Of a stretch of 64,000 bases of DNA, positions 21,800 through 32,092 are shown piece after piece. Each line of letters begins with the position of its first letter. The stretch's first letter is position 1. The notes under the pieces were generated by a model. It was not told the DNA's origin and searched no databases. It was given only the letters and a program-made list of their open reading frames with translations. Origin of the DNA: a virus. Its lineage: Duplodnaviria; Caudoviricetes. The stretch covers positions 32,001 through 96,000 of IMG/VR virus record IMGVR_UViG_3300035208_003581. The stretch is one strand, 5' to 3'. A program made the position numbers and the translations under genes.

Positions 21800-24352
21800 A
21801 TGAATAAGAAATTTTCTGGTACAGTAACACGTTATCTTGATCCTGAAAATAGATCCTATGAAACTGTAGTATTTCAAAGTTCGAAACCAGTTCTTGATAG
21901 CGAGTTAAATTTAAAACAAGATGTTTCGTTAGAAACTGGTTTATTTGATACCATAAAATCTTCTATTCCAAGTGGTTTTATTTATGGTGATTTTTTAAAG
22001 GATTCTGTTGATTTCGAAATTACTGGTGCTGCAAATACATTTTATTTTAAAAATAAACCTACAGCATTAGTAAATGGATTTAAAATAGTAGCTGAGTTTA
22101 CTGATTCAGATGTTGTTGGTGAAAATTTAATTACATTATCAGCACCGCCATCATCTGGTCTTCGTACTGATTTAGTTTTTATGGAAGTGTGGCGTGCATT
22201 ATTAAATGCATCCCCTGATGTAGAAAATAAATCATCTGGTGGACGTATTTTTAGATATGGTAATACTGGTATAACTAATGATTCTCTTAATTATGTTGAT
22301 GATATTTTAGATCCTACTGCAAATATAGAAACTACAAAAAGAGTTCAAATACAATATCGTTTTAGAGTATTTGATGGTGTTGATTTAGATACTTATCCTA
22401 ATGGTTTAGGAGATAAAAATATTTATGGTTGGGGAGCTGCTGGTTCTGATTCAACCTATAATTTTTCTAATATGGAGTCTATAAACGGTGATCCTGGTTT
22501 ATGGAGATCTGGTAACGGTGATCCAGATACATCTGGTTTAGATACTATAGATGGGTATACTTATGCTATCCCTATTTGTGCAGTATTTAGGCGTAATACA
22601 ACTGCATTCTCACAGACATCAAATCATAATGGTGGTGTTGTATACCCAGGACCATCAGATCGTCCTGATGGTTTATTTTCAGATGTTATATCACTTGGTG
22701 ATATTTTGGACATGAGACATGGGGTATCATTATCTGGGTGGGATTATAGTGAGATTTTAGAAAGAAATTTTAATGCATTATTGGATAATACTTTAAGTCA
22801 GCATTATCAAAATACTTCAGCAATTCCTGGATATACAAATGGTTCAAAGGGGTGCAATGTTCTTCATTGTGATGAAATTGGGATTAGTTCAGGCGGTTTA
22901 GGGGGTTCAAAAATTGGGGAGCATGATGGTGTTCGAAAAAGATTTTCTGATAGAGCTATTATTGAACACCCCATAGTTATTGCTACACCAACAAATGATG
23001 GTACTCCTACTGCTACATGGGTAGCAGGTGCAAAACTTATTATGGATTTAAGTAGTTTTAATCCATATCCATATACAACCTTAGATGTAGCTTCTGCATC
23101 ACCTGCTGGTACAGTAATTACTGGTGTTCGTTCTGCTTATTTTGACGGAGATGGTGTTACAACAGGTAAGGTAGAGGCACAATTTCAATTAATTCGTGAT
23201 TTAGGTACAGATCAAGTACAATTATGGTTATCTGATACAGGAGAATGGTTAGGTGAAAGTTGGGATTTATGGCTTGAACTTGAAGTGAGCTATCCATCTG
23301 GTTGTGGACTTACATTCACACCAAATAATGATTTTGATTCTGATTCTTTTACAGAGAATGATTCTGCATTAAGAATTGCTGCAATAACTGATTTTTCTGA
23401 TTTTGTATTACCTGAATTTGTTTATAATAATCGTGAAATTCAAGATATGTATGTAACCACATCAAAAACAATAGATGTATATTCCTTAGATGATGTTACT
23501 ATTATATTACCCGAAAGATTTTCAACTATCGTATCAGTTACCGAAGACCCTCTTGGTAGTCCTGTGGTTAAAACTGTTGATGAAGCTGTAGCGAATAATC
23601 CTGATAGAGAATTAACTATAATTTCTGGTGATCCTCTTTCAGCTCCAAATGTGCTAGTTAGAGTTGTATACACAGCTATACGACCATGGAAAAATATTAC
23701 TGGATACTATCATGCTATATATTATGCTTCAAAGGCATTTCAATGTTTGGGTGATGTTGAGCTGGTTAATGCTTCAAATTTATCTTATAGAGCATTACAT
23801 ACTAGTTCCTATATTTATTCATTGACAGCAGGTACTGGTACTAATGGGACACCTTATCCATTTGAAGTACCACATATTCATATACCAGTTCATAAAGGTA
23901 CCCATACATTTAATGGTGAACATGAGTTAGATTCACCGTTAGATGCATTTACAGATGACTTTGATGCAGCATCTGGTTTTTTACGTGTAGATCAAAACAT
24001 ACCATTTATACCAATTAGCGAAGCTACATTACAGCGAACAATATCAACGCATGTTGATATTGAAGGTAGATCATTTTATCCAAACGTGCCTATTACTGAA
24101 TATCGACCAGCAGCATTTGGTAAAAATTTATCTTTTCCACAACGACATAAAGTATTTGTACCTGTTCTTGCAGAATTATTAGATGATTATGGATTTTTAC
24201 CTAAACATGCATTAGTCATGATCATAATGACTCGTTGGGCTGATTTTGATCAAGAAAATAACATCAGATTTGTTGACACACCATCTGATGATACTACTTG
24301 TGCTGCAGTTTATAAGTTAAAAGGTAATTTATTATTAAATAGAAGGAATTAA
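21800..24352 (+). CDS. Tail-fibre/baseplate-associated protein, paralog A1
   Basis: VVFQSSKPVLDSELN N-terminus; shares N-terminal region with 35142..39173. Confidence 0.65.
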   Translation: MNKKFSGTVTRYLDPENRSYETVVFQSSKPVLDSELNLKQDVSLETGLFDTIKSSIPSGFIYGDFLKDSVDFEITGAANTFYFKNKPTALVNGFKIVAEFTDSDVVGENLITLSAPPSSGLRTDLVFMEVWRALLNASPDVENKSSGGRIFRYGNTGITNDSLNYVDDILDPTANIETTKRVQIQYRFRVFDGVDLDTYPNGLGDKNIYGWGAAGSDSTYNFSNMESINGDPGLWRSGNGDPDTSGLDTIDGYTYAIPICAVFRRNTTAFSQTSNHNGGVVYPGPSDRPDGLFSDVISLGDILDMRHGVSLSGWDYSEILERNFNALLDNTLSQHYQNTSAIPGYTNGSKGCNVLHCDEIGISSGGLGGSKIGEHDGVRKRFSDRAIIEHPIVIATPTNDGTPTATWVAGAKLIMDLSSFNPYPYTTLDVASASPAGTVITGVRSAYFDGDGVTTGKVEAQFQLIRDLGTDQVQLWLSDTGEWLGESWDLWLELEVSYPSGCGLTFTPNNDFDSDSFTENDSALRIAAITDFSDFVLPEFVYNNREIQDMYVTTSKTIDVYSLDDVTIILPERFSTIVSVTEDPLGSPVVKTVDEAVANNPDRELTIISGDPLSAPNVLVRVVYTAIRPWKNITGYYHAIYYASKAFQCLGDVELVNASNLSYRALHTSSYIYSLTAGTGTNGTPYPFEVPHIHIPVHKGTHTFNGEHELDSPLDAFTDDFDAASGFLRVDQNIPFIPISEATLQRTISTHVDIEGRSFYPNVPITEYRPAAFGKNLSFPQRHKVFVPVLAELLDDYGFLPKHALVMIIMTRWADFDQENNIRFVDTPSDDTTCAAVYKLKGNLLLNRRN

Positions 24353-24357
24353 TTACA

Positions 24358-26997
24358 ATGCCATCAAAAATTAATCCTGGATTATTAAAAGTTGGTTCTG
24401 GTAAATCATCACAAGATAGTGTATCTGTGTCTTCACTTGATTTTGCTAATATAATTGATTTCCAAGCAGCATTAGATGGTCATATAAATGATCCTAGTGA
24501 TGCTCATTCAGCAAATTCAATTTCAATACTAGATACTTATGAAAAATATGATTCTACACAGGTAGAAGGATCTTTAACTGAAATATCTGATTTACTTCCT
24601 ATTACTCCAAATGTATTGGGATCAAATGTATCTGGAATACCTAATTCTGGTGTTCCAAGTTGGGGAGCCATGGATGCTTCTGTATCTGGAGCATTTACAT
24701 GCAATACTGCCGATCATGGTCATCATTCATGGTTAGACTTAGGATCAACTAATCAAGGTAGTTCTCCTGAGAATTGGATGGCAGAATCATCTAGTTTAAT
24801 TCCTTCTACCATCACAACTTTTTCTGTATCTGGTATATTATATCCAGCAGATCGTGGTGTATTGTGTTTACTTTATTCTCCAACTGGAGAATTTAATAAT
24901 AGTGATGAAGAAATAGTTGCAATGTTGAATTTATCAGCTCATTTTGATGAGACTCGTCGTAGAAATCCAGCAGTAGGGTATAAACAGTTAGATTACACAC
25001 CTGCTGGTACTGGTGTCGATTTATTTACATTAACAAATCGATTACCAATGTTGAAAGAGTATTCATCTGCACCTTATACTCCATTTGAATACAATTATTT
25101 AGCATATCAATTAGCAACATTTTCTACAAATACATTTGATTTAACAAGTCTTTTAGGTAGTTATAATATATCATTAACTGTAGATTTTGGTAGTCTAAGA
25201 TTAGTACATTTTAAAACATTCACAAATGTTTTAACTGCTAATTATTCACAATCAAATATTTATGGTGAATCAAATAAATATGATATCTACAGTGATGTTG
25301 TGAATGCAGCACCTGTTGGTACAGGTACGTATACAGTGGAACCAATATATCCTCTTGGAACTGAAACAGCAACAGGTGCTGCTGCTGGTGCAGCAGGTGG
25401 TACAAACACATTGACAGCTAGTGGATTTACTTCTGGTGATGTGGGTAAACTCATTACCGTTTCTGGTAATGGTAATGATGGTGATTATCAGATTTTACAG
25501 TATATTGATGCTGCAACAGTAAAGGTGATACCAGATTGGTTAGGATCAAATGGTGCTGTATCAATTGCATGGGTAAGTCCTATAATTAAGAAAACAGTTG
25601 GTGTTAGTTCATATAATAGCGGTAATGCTTTTAAATTTGGTATATCAGAGCCAGATGTATTTAATTATACTTATGGTACTAAATCATCAGTAGATTCAGA
25701 TGTTACTATTCCAAGTATAGTAGAGCCAATAGTAGTTGGTCTTGATGAGTTTGGAGCTATTGATTTACCTATACCATATTATGAATTAGATAATTTTGAT
25801 TTGGAAAACAGTCCAGATGGTTATAATAGAGAAAAAGGTAATGCACCTTCATCAAGTGATGCTGGTATAGTGAACGGTGTTTTTATCTCTGGTGATGATG
25901 CTCAGAATGTTGATGCAGAGATAAATTTACATTTATATAAACCTGTTGGTGGTGAAACAGTTGTTGGTGTTGGTGCTACTGGTAGAACGATTTTAGTTAA
26001 TACATATGATGATTCTCTAATTGGTAAAAGTCAGATAGAAGATTTTACATCTTCTATCATGCATTACTCAATGGATTCTGCTGATGTGTGGCCTGATATT
26101 TATAATTTTGATTTTTTGAGATGTTCAGTAACACCAAAAAGTCATGCACTTGGTGGACTCAGCGTATTAAATTTACCTGGAGATGTTCCTGGTTCAAACA
26201 CATTAAGTGCCCCTAATATATTTACAGTTGGAGGTGCTTCTTGGTTTACAGAGGAAGCTGATTTAGGTCGTATTTTACATATTGCAGGTTCATCAAATAA
26301 TGATGGTGATTATTATATTTCACAAATAGTAAGTGGTAATATCATCAATGTTATACCAGATTTTCCTAGTCCCACATCAGATTCAGATGTGCTTGCACAT
26401 ATAGCTGGTAAACGTGGTGACTCTCTTACTTTAGTGGGTGCTAACGGTGATAAACATGCTGCTGTATATGGGGGTAGATTACAATATCCATACTTAGATT
26501 TATCTACTACTGCTTATCCATCAGGTAATGATGACCTAGCATCAAATCCTTATTCTACAGATGCTGCTGATACAATACGTTATTTTCAACGTGCGTTTGA
26601 TACTGAAGCCCCTGTAAATATGGGTAAATTAAAAATAACAATGCCAGTAGGTTCTGATTTATGGGCAGCTATTGCTGCAGATGTATTTACAGGTGATTTA
26701 GCTATTGATCATTCTGGCGGTGCTGTAGTATTAATTAAAGTACCAGGTATAAGTGGTTGGTTAGATTTAGGTCGTTATAATGGTGATCCCGATTTGAATA
26801 AAGAGAATGATTATTATGGTTGTTTAATCACTCAAGAGGTTATTTCTTCAAATCAAATAATATTTACATATGCTACAGATTTTTATACTCAAAATAACGG
26901 TGGTGATGAATATCCATTAGCAATAAGAGTTGGTTTGGTAAAAAATGGTACAGGTGAATTTTTATCGTTTGAAGAAATTGAATGGATTGCATATTAA
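24358..26997 (+). CDS. Virion structural/tail-fibre-like protein
   Basis: HINDPSDAHSA motif; two DxGxxxxxxGxxNDGDY modules; operon context. Confidence 0.6.
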   Translation: MPSKINPGLLKVGSGKSSQDSVSVSSLDFANIIDFQAALDGHINDPSDAHSANSISILDTYEKYDSTQVEGSLTEISDLLPITPNVLGSNVSGIPNSGVPSWGAMDASVSGAFTCNTADHGHHSWLDLGSTNQGSSPENWMAESSSLIPSTITTFSVSGILYPADRGVLCLLYSPTGEFNNSDEEIVAMLNLSAHFDETRRRNPAVGYKQLDYTPAGTGVDLFTLTNRLPMLKEYSSAPYTPFEYNYLAYQLATFSTNTFDLTSLLGSYNISLTVDFGSLRLVHFKTFTNVLTANYSQSNIYGESNKYDIYSDVVNAAPVGTGTYTVEPIYPLGTETATGAAAGAAGGTNTLTASGFTSGDVGKLITVSGNGNDGDYQILQYIDAATVKVIPDWLGSNGAVSIAWVSPIIKKTVGVSSYNSGNAFKFGISEPDVFNYTYGTKSSVDSDVTIPSIVEPIVVGLDEFGAIDLPIPYYELDNFDLENSPDGYNREKGNAPSSSDAGIVNGVFISGDDAQNVDAEINLHLYKPVGGETVVGVGATGRTILVNTYDDSLIGKSQIEDFTSSIMHYSMDSADVWPDIYNFDFLRCSVTPKSHALGGLSVLNLPGDVPGSNTLSAPNIFTVGGASWFTEEADLGRILHIAGSSNNDGDYYISQIVSGNIINVIPDFPSPTSDSDVLAHIAGKRGDSLTLVGANGDKHAAVYGGRLQYPYLDLSTTAYPSGNDDLASNPYSTDAADTIRYFQRAFDTEAPVNMGKLKITMPVGSDLWAAIAADVFTGDLAIDHSGGAVVLIKVPGISGWLDLGRYNGDPDLNKENDYYGCLITQEVISSNQIIFTYATDFYTQNNGGDEYPLAIRVGLVKNGTGEFLSFEEIEWIAY

Positions 26998-27014
26998 TAT
27001 TACAGGTTTAAAAA

Positions 27015-30000
27015 ATGACAGAGTATAATTCACATTTAAATGATTTACTACATTTTGCTATAAACAATATGTTGAATAAAGTCCATATAACTTCAAAAGA
27101 TATGAACTCACAAAAGGTTAGAGGTGATAATTCTTTTGTTACTGGACTTGATAATGTGGGGAGTACAGGTTTAATAGATTTTTGGTACCCACTTGGATTT
27201 AGGAAACCATCAGCAACTGATCTATCTACAAATTTATTTAATTTCAATTCAAATACATCCACACCTAAATATGGTCGTATTGGTACTGTATTTGGAATTA
27301 CTGAAATAGCATATTCTGATAAGGATACTGCAAATAAGGGTGCATTATATCTTGCTCCATGTAGATTTATACATGACAGTGAAAACCTTCAAACTACAGG
27401 TGTGGTTGCAGGTGATATTTTATTTATTTTAGATACAAATACTTTTCATGTTATTGAATCTGTACTAGGGAGTGTTTTACAGTTTGCAGATGGGTCTTTT
27501 ACATTAACTGGTGATGTAAATGCATCTATTTTAAAATTAATACCTCAATCATTACTATCTATATCTGGACCAGATACTGAATTAGGTAAAGAACAAACAT
27601 TTATATTTTATGACCCAAATAGTCCTGTTGAAACTAACCCTGATTATTACAGATCTAATCTTAGTGAGTTAGATCAATATAGATTACGACCATTATTTCC
27701 AAATAGATCAAATATACGTATTGATGCTATTTTTAAGACTACTCTTGAGAATATGAATGAAGATTGGGATTTTCAATTAGTACTTTATCCCGATGATGGT
27801 ACTGGTAATCCTGACATAACAAAACCTATATTTGATAGACAAGTTATAATTGACACATCTTTACCAATAAGTGAGCAAGCACTTATTGTTGATTATATAC
27901 AAGGTGAAATAAGGTTAAGTGTCCCCTCAGTTGCTGGGGGGATGCTTAACCCTAATTCAGTTTCAGGACCATTAAAATTATGGGCGGCATTTGCCGTTAT
28001 TAGCAATGGTATTGTAAATAGTGTAAGTAAACTTCAAAGTTTACCACAAGTAACATCTGGTGATGGGCGTACTAATGTAGAATCGTATATTAAATATGAT
28101 TCAGATAAACAATTATGGTCTATACTTTCTGGTAAAGGTTATCAGAGTACAGTTCCAAGTGAGAAACCAAAACATGGATTTGGTATCACAGAATTCAGCT
28201 CAGATGAAGCAATTCCAGCATTTTATTTTGATGAAATTACAGAGTCTTGGAAAGTTGTATCACATGGTTCTGATACTGTTGATGTTGGTGCGGTTAATTT
28301 AGAATCAGCTGTTAAAGATGTAAATAATGGTAAAATTGGATTTTCATTTGTGGATGGTGAATCTGGTCTTCAATATAATAAAGATGAATTAAGATTATCT
28401 TCAAATATTACTCGTATAACTGGTTCTCAAAAAAAAGGTTCTGTATCAAACCAACAAAAGAATCATAATGGTATATTTTCAAATAACTCAAATATATCTA
28501 CAGATGGATCTGCACGTAAATATTCAAAAATTATAATTTCAGAAGAATATAATTATACATATACATTATCAGCATCAAACCATGTATTGGATTTAACGAT
28601 TGGTATTGATGAGGATATTAATTTAGATCTAGCTGGGTCTTATATTCCTGTAACTGGTGTTACATTAGGATATTTTGTATCTACGATACCACATGGATTT
28701 AAACCAGGCGATATGGTAGAGTTTGATAGTGCTATTATAGGATTAATGATCAATGCATTTTTTAGTTTCTACATTACAAATGGTTCTATTATTTCTGATA
28801 CTCAATTTAAACTTTCAGATACCTATGCAGATGCAATAGCTGGTACATCACATAATTTTTCAAATGTCGTTTCTAGTGTAAACATATTTAAAGCAGTTAA
28901 AAATTCATATGCTGGTAAATATGTTGCTGTAAAAGGCACTTCTAGTTCAATGTTTTCAAAAATAATTTCTAACACACATAATTCTTTATATACTGAAGAT
29001 GCTTGGACAAATTCAGAGGGAAATGGAACTATAGGACCTGGTATTGCTAATATTTATAATTGGTATTATGGTGTTAATAGAGAACAGTTAACATTATCTC
29101 AGTATATAGGTACTTCTACAGCTCCTTTTAATGGTGGTTTTTTTGATGGGGATAATATATGGCTATTCCCATATATTATGAATGGGGTAGATAATTTAAC
29201 ATTATTGAAAATAAATCAAATTTCTAAAAAAATAGATAGTTTTCCTTTACCTGTAGATATATATACATTTTCATCATGTGATACATGTGTATTTGATGGT
29301 TTATTTATTTGGATATATTCAACTCCATATTATTGTTATAAGTTTAATACAAAAACTTATGAGTATACAAGTTATACTACACCATATAATTCAACAGCAT
29401 TTAGATCAATATTTGATGGGGAAAATATTTGGTTGGATTGTGGATCTGATGGTATATATATTATAAATATACTAACAAATGAATATGAAAATATATCTAT
29501 AGTTGGTGGTTATAATTATATTTTATTTGATGGTGAGAGTATATGGTTAATACCATATACTTCTGATAACTTCTGTAAAATTTCAAAATCAACACATTCA
29601 GTAGAATATATACCTAATCCAATTTCAGGATCATGGTTGTTTTCTAGTGCTGTGTTTGATGGGGAACATATTTGGTGTATCCCTGATCAATCAACTTATT
29701 TTTTGAAAATTGATGTATCAACAAATTTGATGAAGGAAATACCACATATTTACACTGGTACAAATTTTTTCAGAGATTCTGCTTTTGATGGAGAACATAT
29801 TTGGTGTATTCCACATGACACAGATACTTTAGTATGTATTGATATTTCTGACGAGCACTTTTATGATTTCCCAGGGTTTTCTGGTGAACAATACAAAAAT
29901 ATCCTATGTGTGGATGGGAATTTATATGTATTTCCAAATGGTGATGGTACAAATCTAACAATTTTACATCCTTTAAATTTCCCTAAAAATATAATTAATT

Positions 30001-32078
30001 CTGAATCAATTACAACTAAAAAATTACAAATATCAGGTACACATGAAATCGAAGAACTCAGTACATTATCTACTATTTCTCAGAAGACATGCTTTCATAG
30101 TTTTGGAGATATTGGTGTAACTGTATCTGATGGTTATTTTAGAGTATATGATATTAAAAATCCATCATCTTTAACACTTCTAGGTTCGTATAATGTAGGT
30201 AGTTATACTTATGTTGATGTGTACACTAATGGTAAATATGCTATAGTATTGAAAGATGATACAATAGAATTGTTAAATATGAGAGTTCATACAAATATTT
30301 ATAATATGAGTACATATTATATTACTGGTGGTAGGGGTAAATTAGAGATTATTGATGGTGTTTTATTTGTATCCAGTACTACAGGTATTGTAATATTAAG
30401 TATAGAAAACACTGGTTGGTATGTTATTAATACCATAATAGGTTCTGAAGTATATGATTTTAAAATAAAAAATGACTTGTTAGTAGCGTCTACTTGGACT
30501 TCTCCAAGGGGTATTCATATTTATAATATATCAGATGTATTTAATGTGTATTCTATATATACTCCATCTGATATTGGTTTATATTGTTATGGTTTAGATA
30601 TTGTTGATAATTATGTATATCTAATTATTTCAAATTCCATTAGAATTTATGATATTACAATTTTAACTTCACCTGTTCTTTTACAGACTTTATCTCTGAG
30701 CAGTTTAGGATGTAATTTTGGTTCATCAACAAAATTGTTTATTGAAGGTGATTATTTATATTTATACAATACACATATTTACATATTTAATATTTCAAAT
30801 AGAGCATTTCCTGTATTAGAAACATTTTATGATATTTCAAGTACATTTTTATATAAAAATAATCAATATGTATATTCTATTTCTGGAGATAATATTTATA
30901 CTTATAAAATAGATACCATGAAACTTGGTAATGCACATACATCTTCGTTATTATCTAAAAATATTTATACTTCTAGATTAGAAGTGTCAACTAATTTAGA
31001 AGCAAAATCTATAAACGTTTCAGATGGTATTGTAAGTAATGGACGTATTTCTGCTTGGGGAAATATACGTTCTAATGATTTAATATCAGATAAATACTCA
31101 AACCTCAGTATGCTTTCTGTGATGAATTGGTCATCACTTAGTTTTACAGGATTTCCAACTAACCTAACTAGTATAGCATATGCAGATGATACTTCTACAC
31201 GAGAAAATGGACCTATTTGTTTGGTAGTTGGCGGTGCAGATATTTGGGAATCTTTTGATGGTAACTACTTTTCTATTAATATAAATAAAACTTTGGATGA
31301 TGTTACTCATAAAGTAGTATATGGTGATGGTAAATATGTTATAACGGCCACTGATGGTGGTAATGATTTTCCTATTAGTGTTACAGACGATGGTGTTAAT
31401 TTTACAGATTCATCTTCAATCTATAATCAACAAGGCCTCGCACATAATGGTCTATCAGGAGTTAATTCAATTTGGGTTTTAGTATGTGCAACAGGTGTAT
31501 TTTCTCAAAATGTTATCTATACCTCCCAAGATGCTACGAGTTGGACATCAAGATTGACTAGTGCTAGTATATCGTTTAATTCGGTTGCATTTGGGAAAAA
31601 TAGTTCTTGGCAAGATCTTTGGGTAGCAGTAGGGTATGAAGAGATATGGTATTCATCCGATAGTATAACTTGGTATGCAGCATCTTCAGTACCTTCTAAA
31701 CAGATATTATCTGTAGTATGGTCACAAGGTCGTTGGATTGCTGTATGCTCCAATAATACTATTCTCACATCTCCAGATGGGGATATATGGACAGCAATTG
31801 AAAATGTTTTTCCTTGGGCAAATTTTGACTTAGGTGGTAGCGGTGATGATTTAATAGATATTAAAACAGATGGTAATAATACTTTTGTTATTGTTGGTAA
31901 TAATGGGGTTATTGGAATATCCATATATCAAAATATATGGAAAAGAGCAGATTGTGTATACCCTAACATAAGTACAGTTCCAAATATTGTTGCATTAGAT
32001 TATGATCCTAATAGACGAACATTCATTGCTGTTACTGATAGTGGTTTTTTAGTAAAGAATTTATGTTCTTATATATAA
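27015..32078 (+). CDS. Multi-propeller tail fibre/receptor-binding protein, paralog B1
   Basis: Seven FDGxxIW-type repeats, then LVIVD-like repeats, then BNR-like SxDxxxW repeats; N-terminus shared with 32093..34198. Confidence 0.7.
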   Translation: MTEYNSHLNDLLHFAINNMLNKVHITSKDMNSQKVRGDNSFVTGLDNVGSTGLIDFWYPLGFRKPSATDLSTNLFNFNSNTSTPKYGRIGTVFGITEIAYSDKDTANKGALYLAPCRFIHDSENLQTTGVVAGDILFILDTNTFHVIESVLGSVLQFADGSFTLTGDVNASILKLIPQSLLSISGPDTELGKEQTFIFYDPNSPVETNPDYYRSNLSELDQYRLRPLFPNRSNIRIDAIFKTTLENMNEDWDFQLVLYPDDGTGNPDITKPIFDRQVIIDTSLPISEQALIVDYIQGEIRLSVPSVAGGMLNPNSVSGPLKLWAAFAVISNGIVNSVSKLQSLPQVTSGDGRTNVESYIKYDSDKQLWSILSGKGYQSTVPSEKPKHGFGITEFSSDEAIPAFYFDEITESWKVVSHGSDTVDVGAVNLESAVKDVNNGKIGFSFVDGESGLQYNKDELRLSSNITRITGSQKKGSVSNQQKNHNGIFSNNSNISTDGSARKYSKIIISEEYNYTYTLSASNHVLDLTIGIDEDINLDLAGSYIPVTGVTLGYFVSTIPHGFKPGDMVEFDSAIIGLMINAFFSFYITNGSIISDTQFKLSDTYADAIAGTSHNFSNVVSSVNIFKAVKNSYAGKYVAVKGTSSSMFSKIISNTHNSLYTEDAWTNSEGNGTIGPGIANIYNWYYGVNREQLTLSQYIGTSTAPFNGGFFDGDNIWLFPYIMNGVDNLTLLKINQISKKIDSFPLPVDIYTFSSCDTCVFDGLFIWIYSTPYYCYKFNTKTYEYTSYTTPYNSTAFRSIFDGENIWLDCGSDGIYIINILTNEYENISIVGGYNYILFDGESIWLIPYTSDNFCKISKSTHSVEYIPNPISGSWLFSSAVFDGEHIWCIPDQSTYFLKIDVSTNLMKEIPHIYTGTNFFRDSAFDGEHIWCIPHDTDTLVCIDISDEHFYDFPGFSGEQYKNILCVDGNLYVFPNGDGTNLTILHPLNFPKNIINSESITTKKLQISGTHEIEELSTLSTISQKTCFHSFGDIGVTVSDGYFRVYDIKNPSSLTLLGSYNVGSYTYVDVYTNGKYAIVLKDDTIELLNMRVHTNIYNMSTYYITGGRGKLEIIDGVLFVSSTTGIVILSIENTGWYVINTIIGSEVYDFKIKNDLLVASTWTSPRGIHIYNISDVFNVYSIYTPSDIGLYCYGLDIVDNYVYLIISNSIRIYDITILTSPVLLQTLSLSSLGCNFGSSTKLFIEGDYLYLYNTHIYIFNISNRAFPVLETFYDISSTFLYKNNQYVYSISGDNIYTYKIDTMKLGNAHTSSLLSKNIYTSRLEVSTNLEAKSINVSDGIVSNGRISAWGNIRSNDLISDKYSNLSMLSVMNWSSLSFTGFPTNLTSIAYADDTSTRENGPICLVVGGADIWESFDGNYFSININKTLDDVTHKVVYGDGKYVITATDGGNDFPISVTDDGVNFTDSSSIYNQQGLAHNGLSGVNSIWVLVCATGVFSQNVIYTSQDATSWTSRLTSASISFNSVAFGKNSSWQDLWVAVGYEEIWYSSDSITWYAASSVPSKQILSVVWSQGRWIAVCSNNTILTSPDGDIWTAIENVFPWANFDLGGSGDDLIDIKTDGNNTFVIVGNNGVIGISIYQNIWKRADCVYPNISTVPNIVALDYDPNRRTFIAVTDSGFLVKNLCSYI

Positions 32079-32092
32079 GATAGGGTTTCATC

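Noticed and set aside
29655-29815. Near-identical DNA repeats in the tail fibre as a DGR TR/VR pair
   Set aside because: Differences are not adenine-specific, both copies are in-frame propeller blades, and there is no reverse transcriptase in the window.
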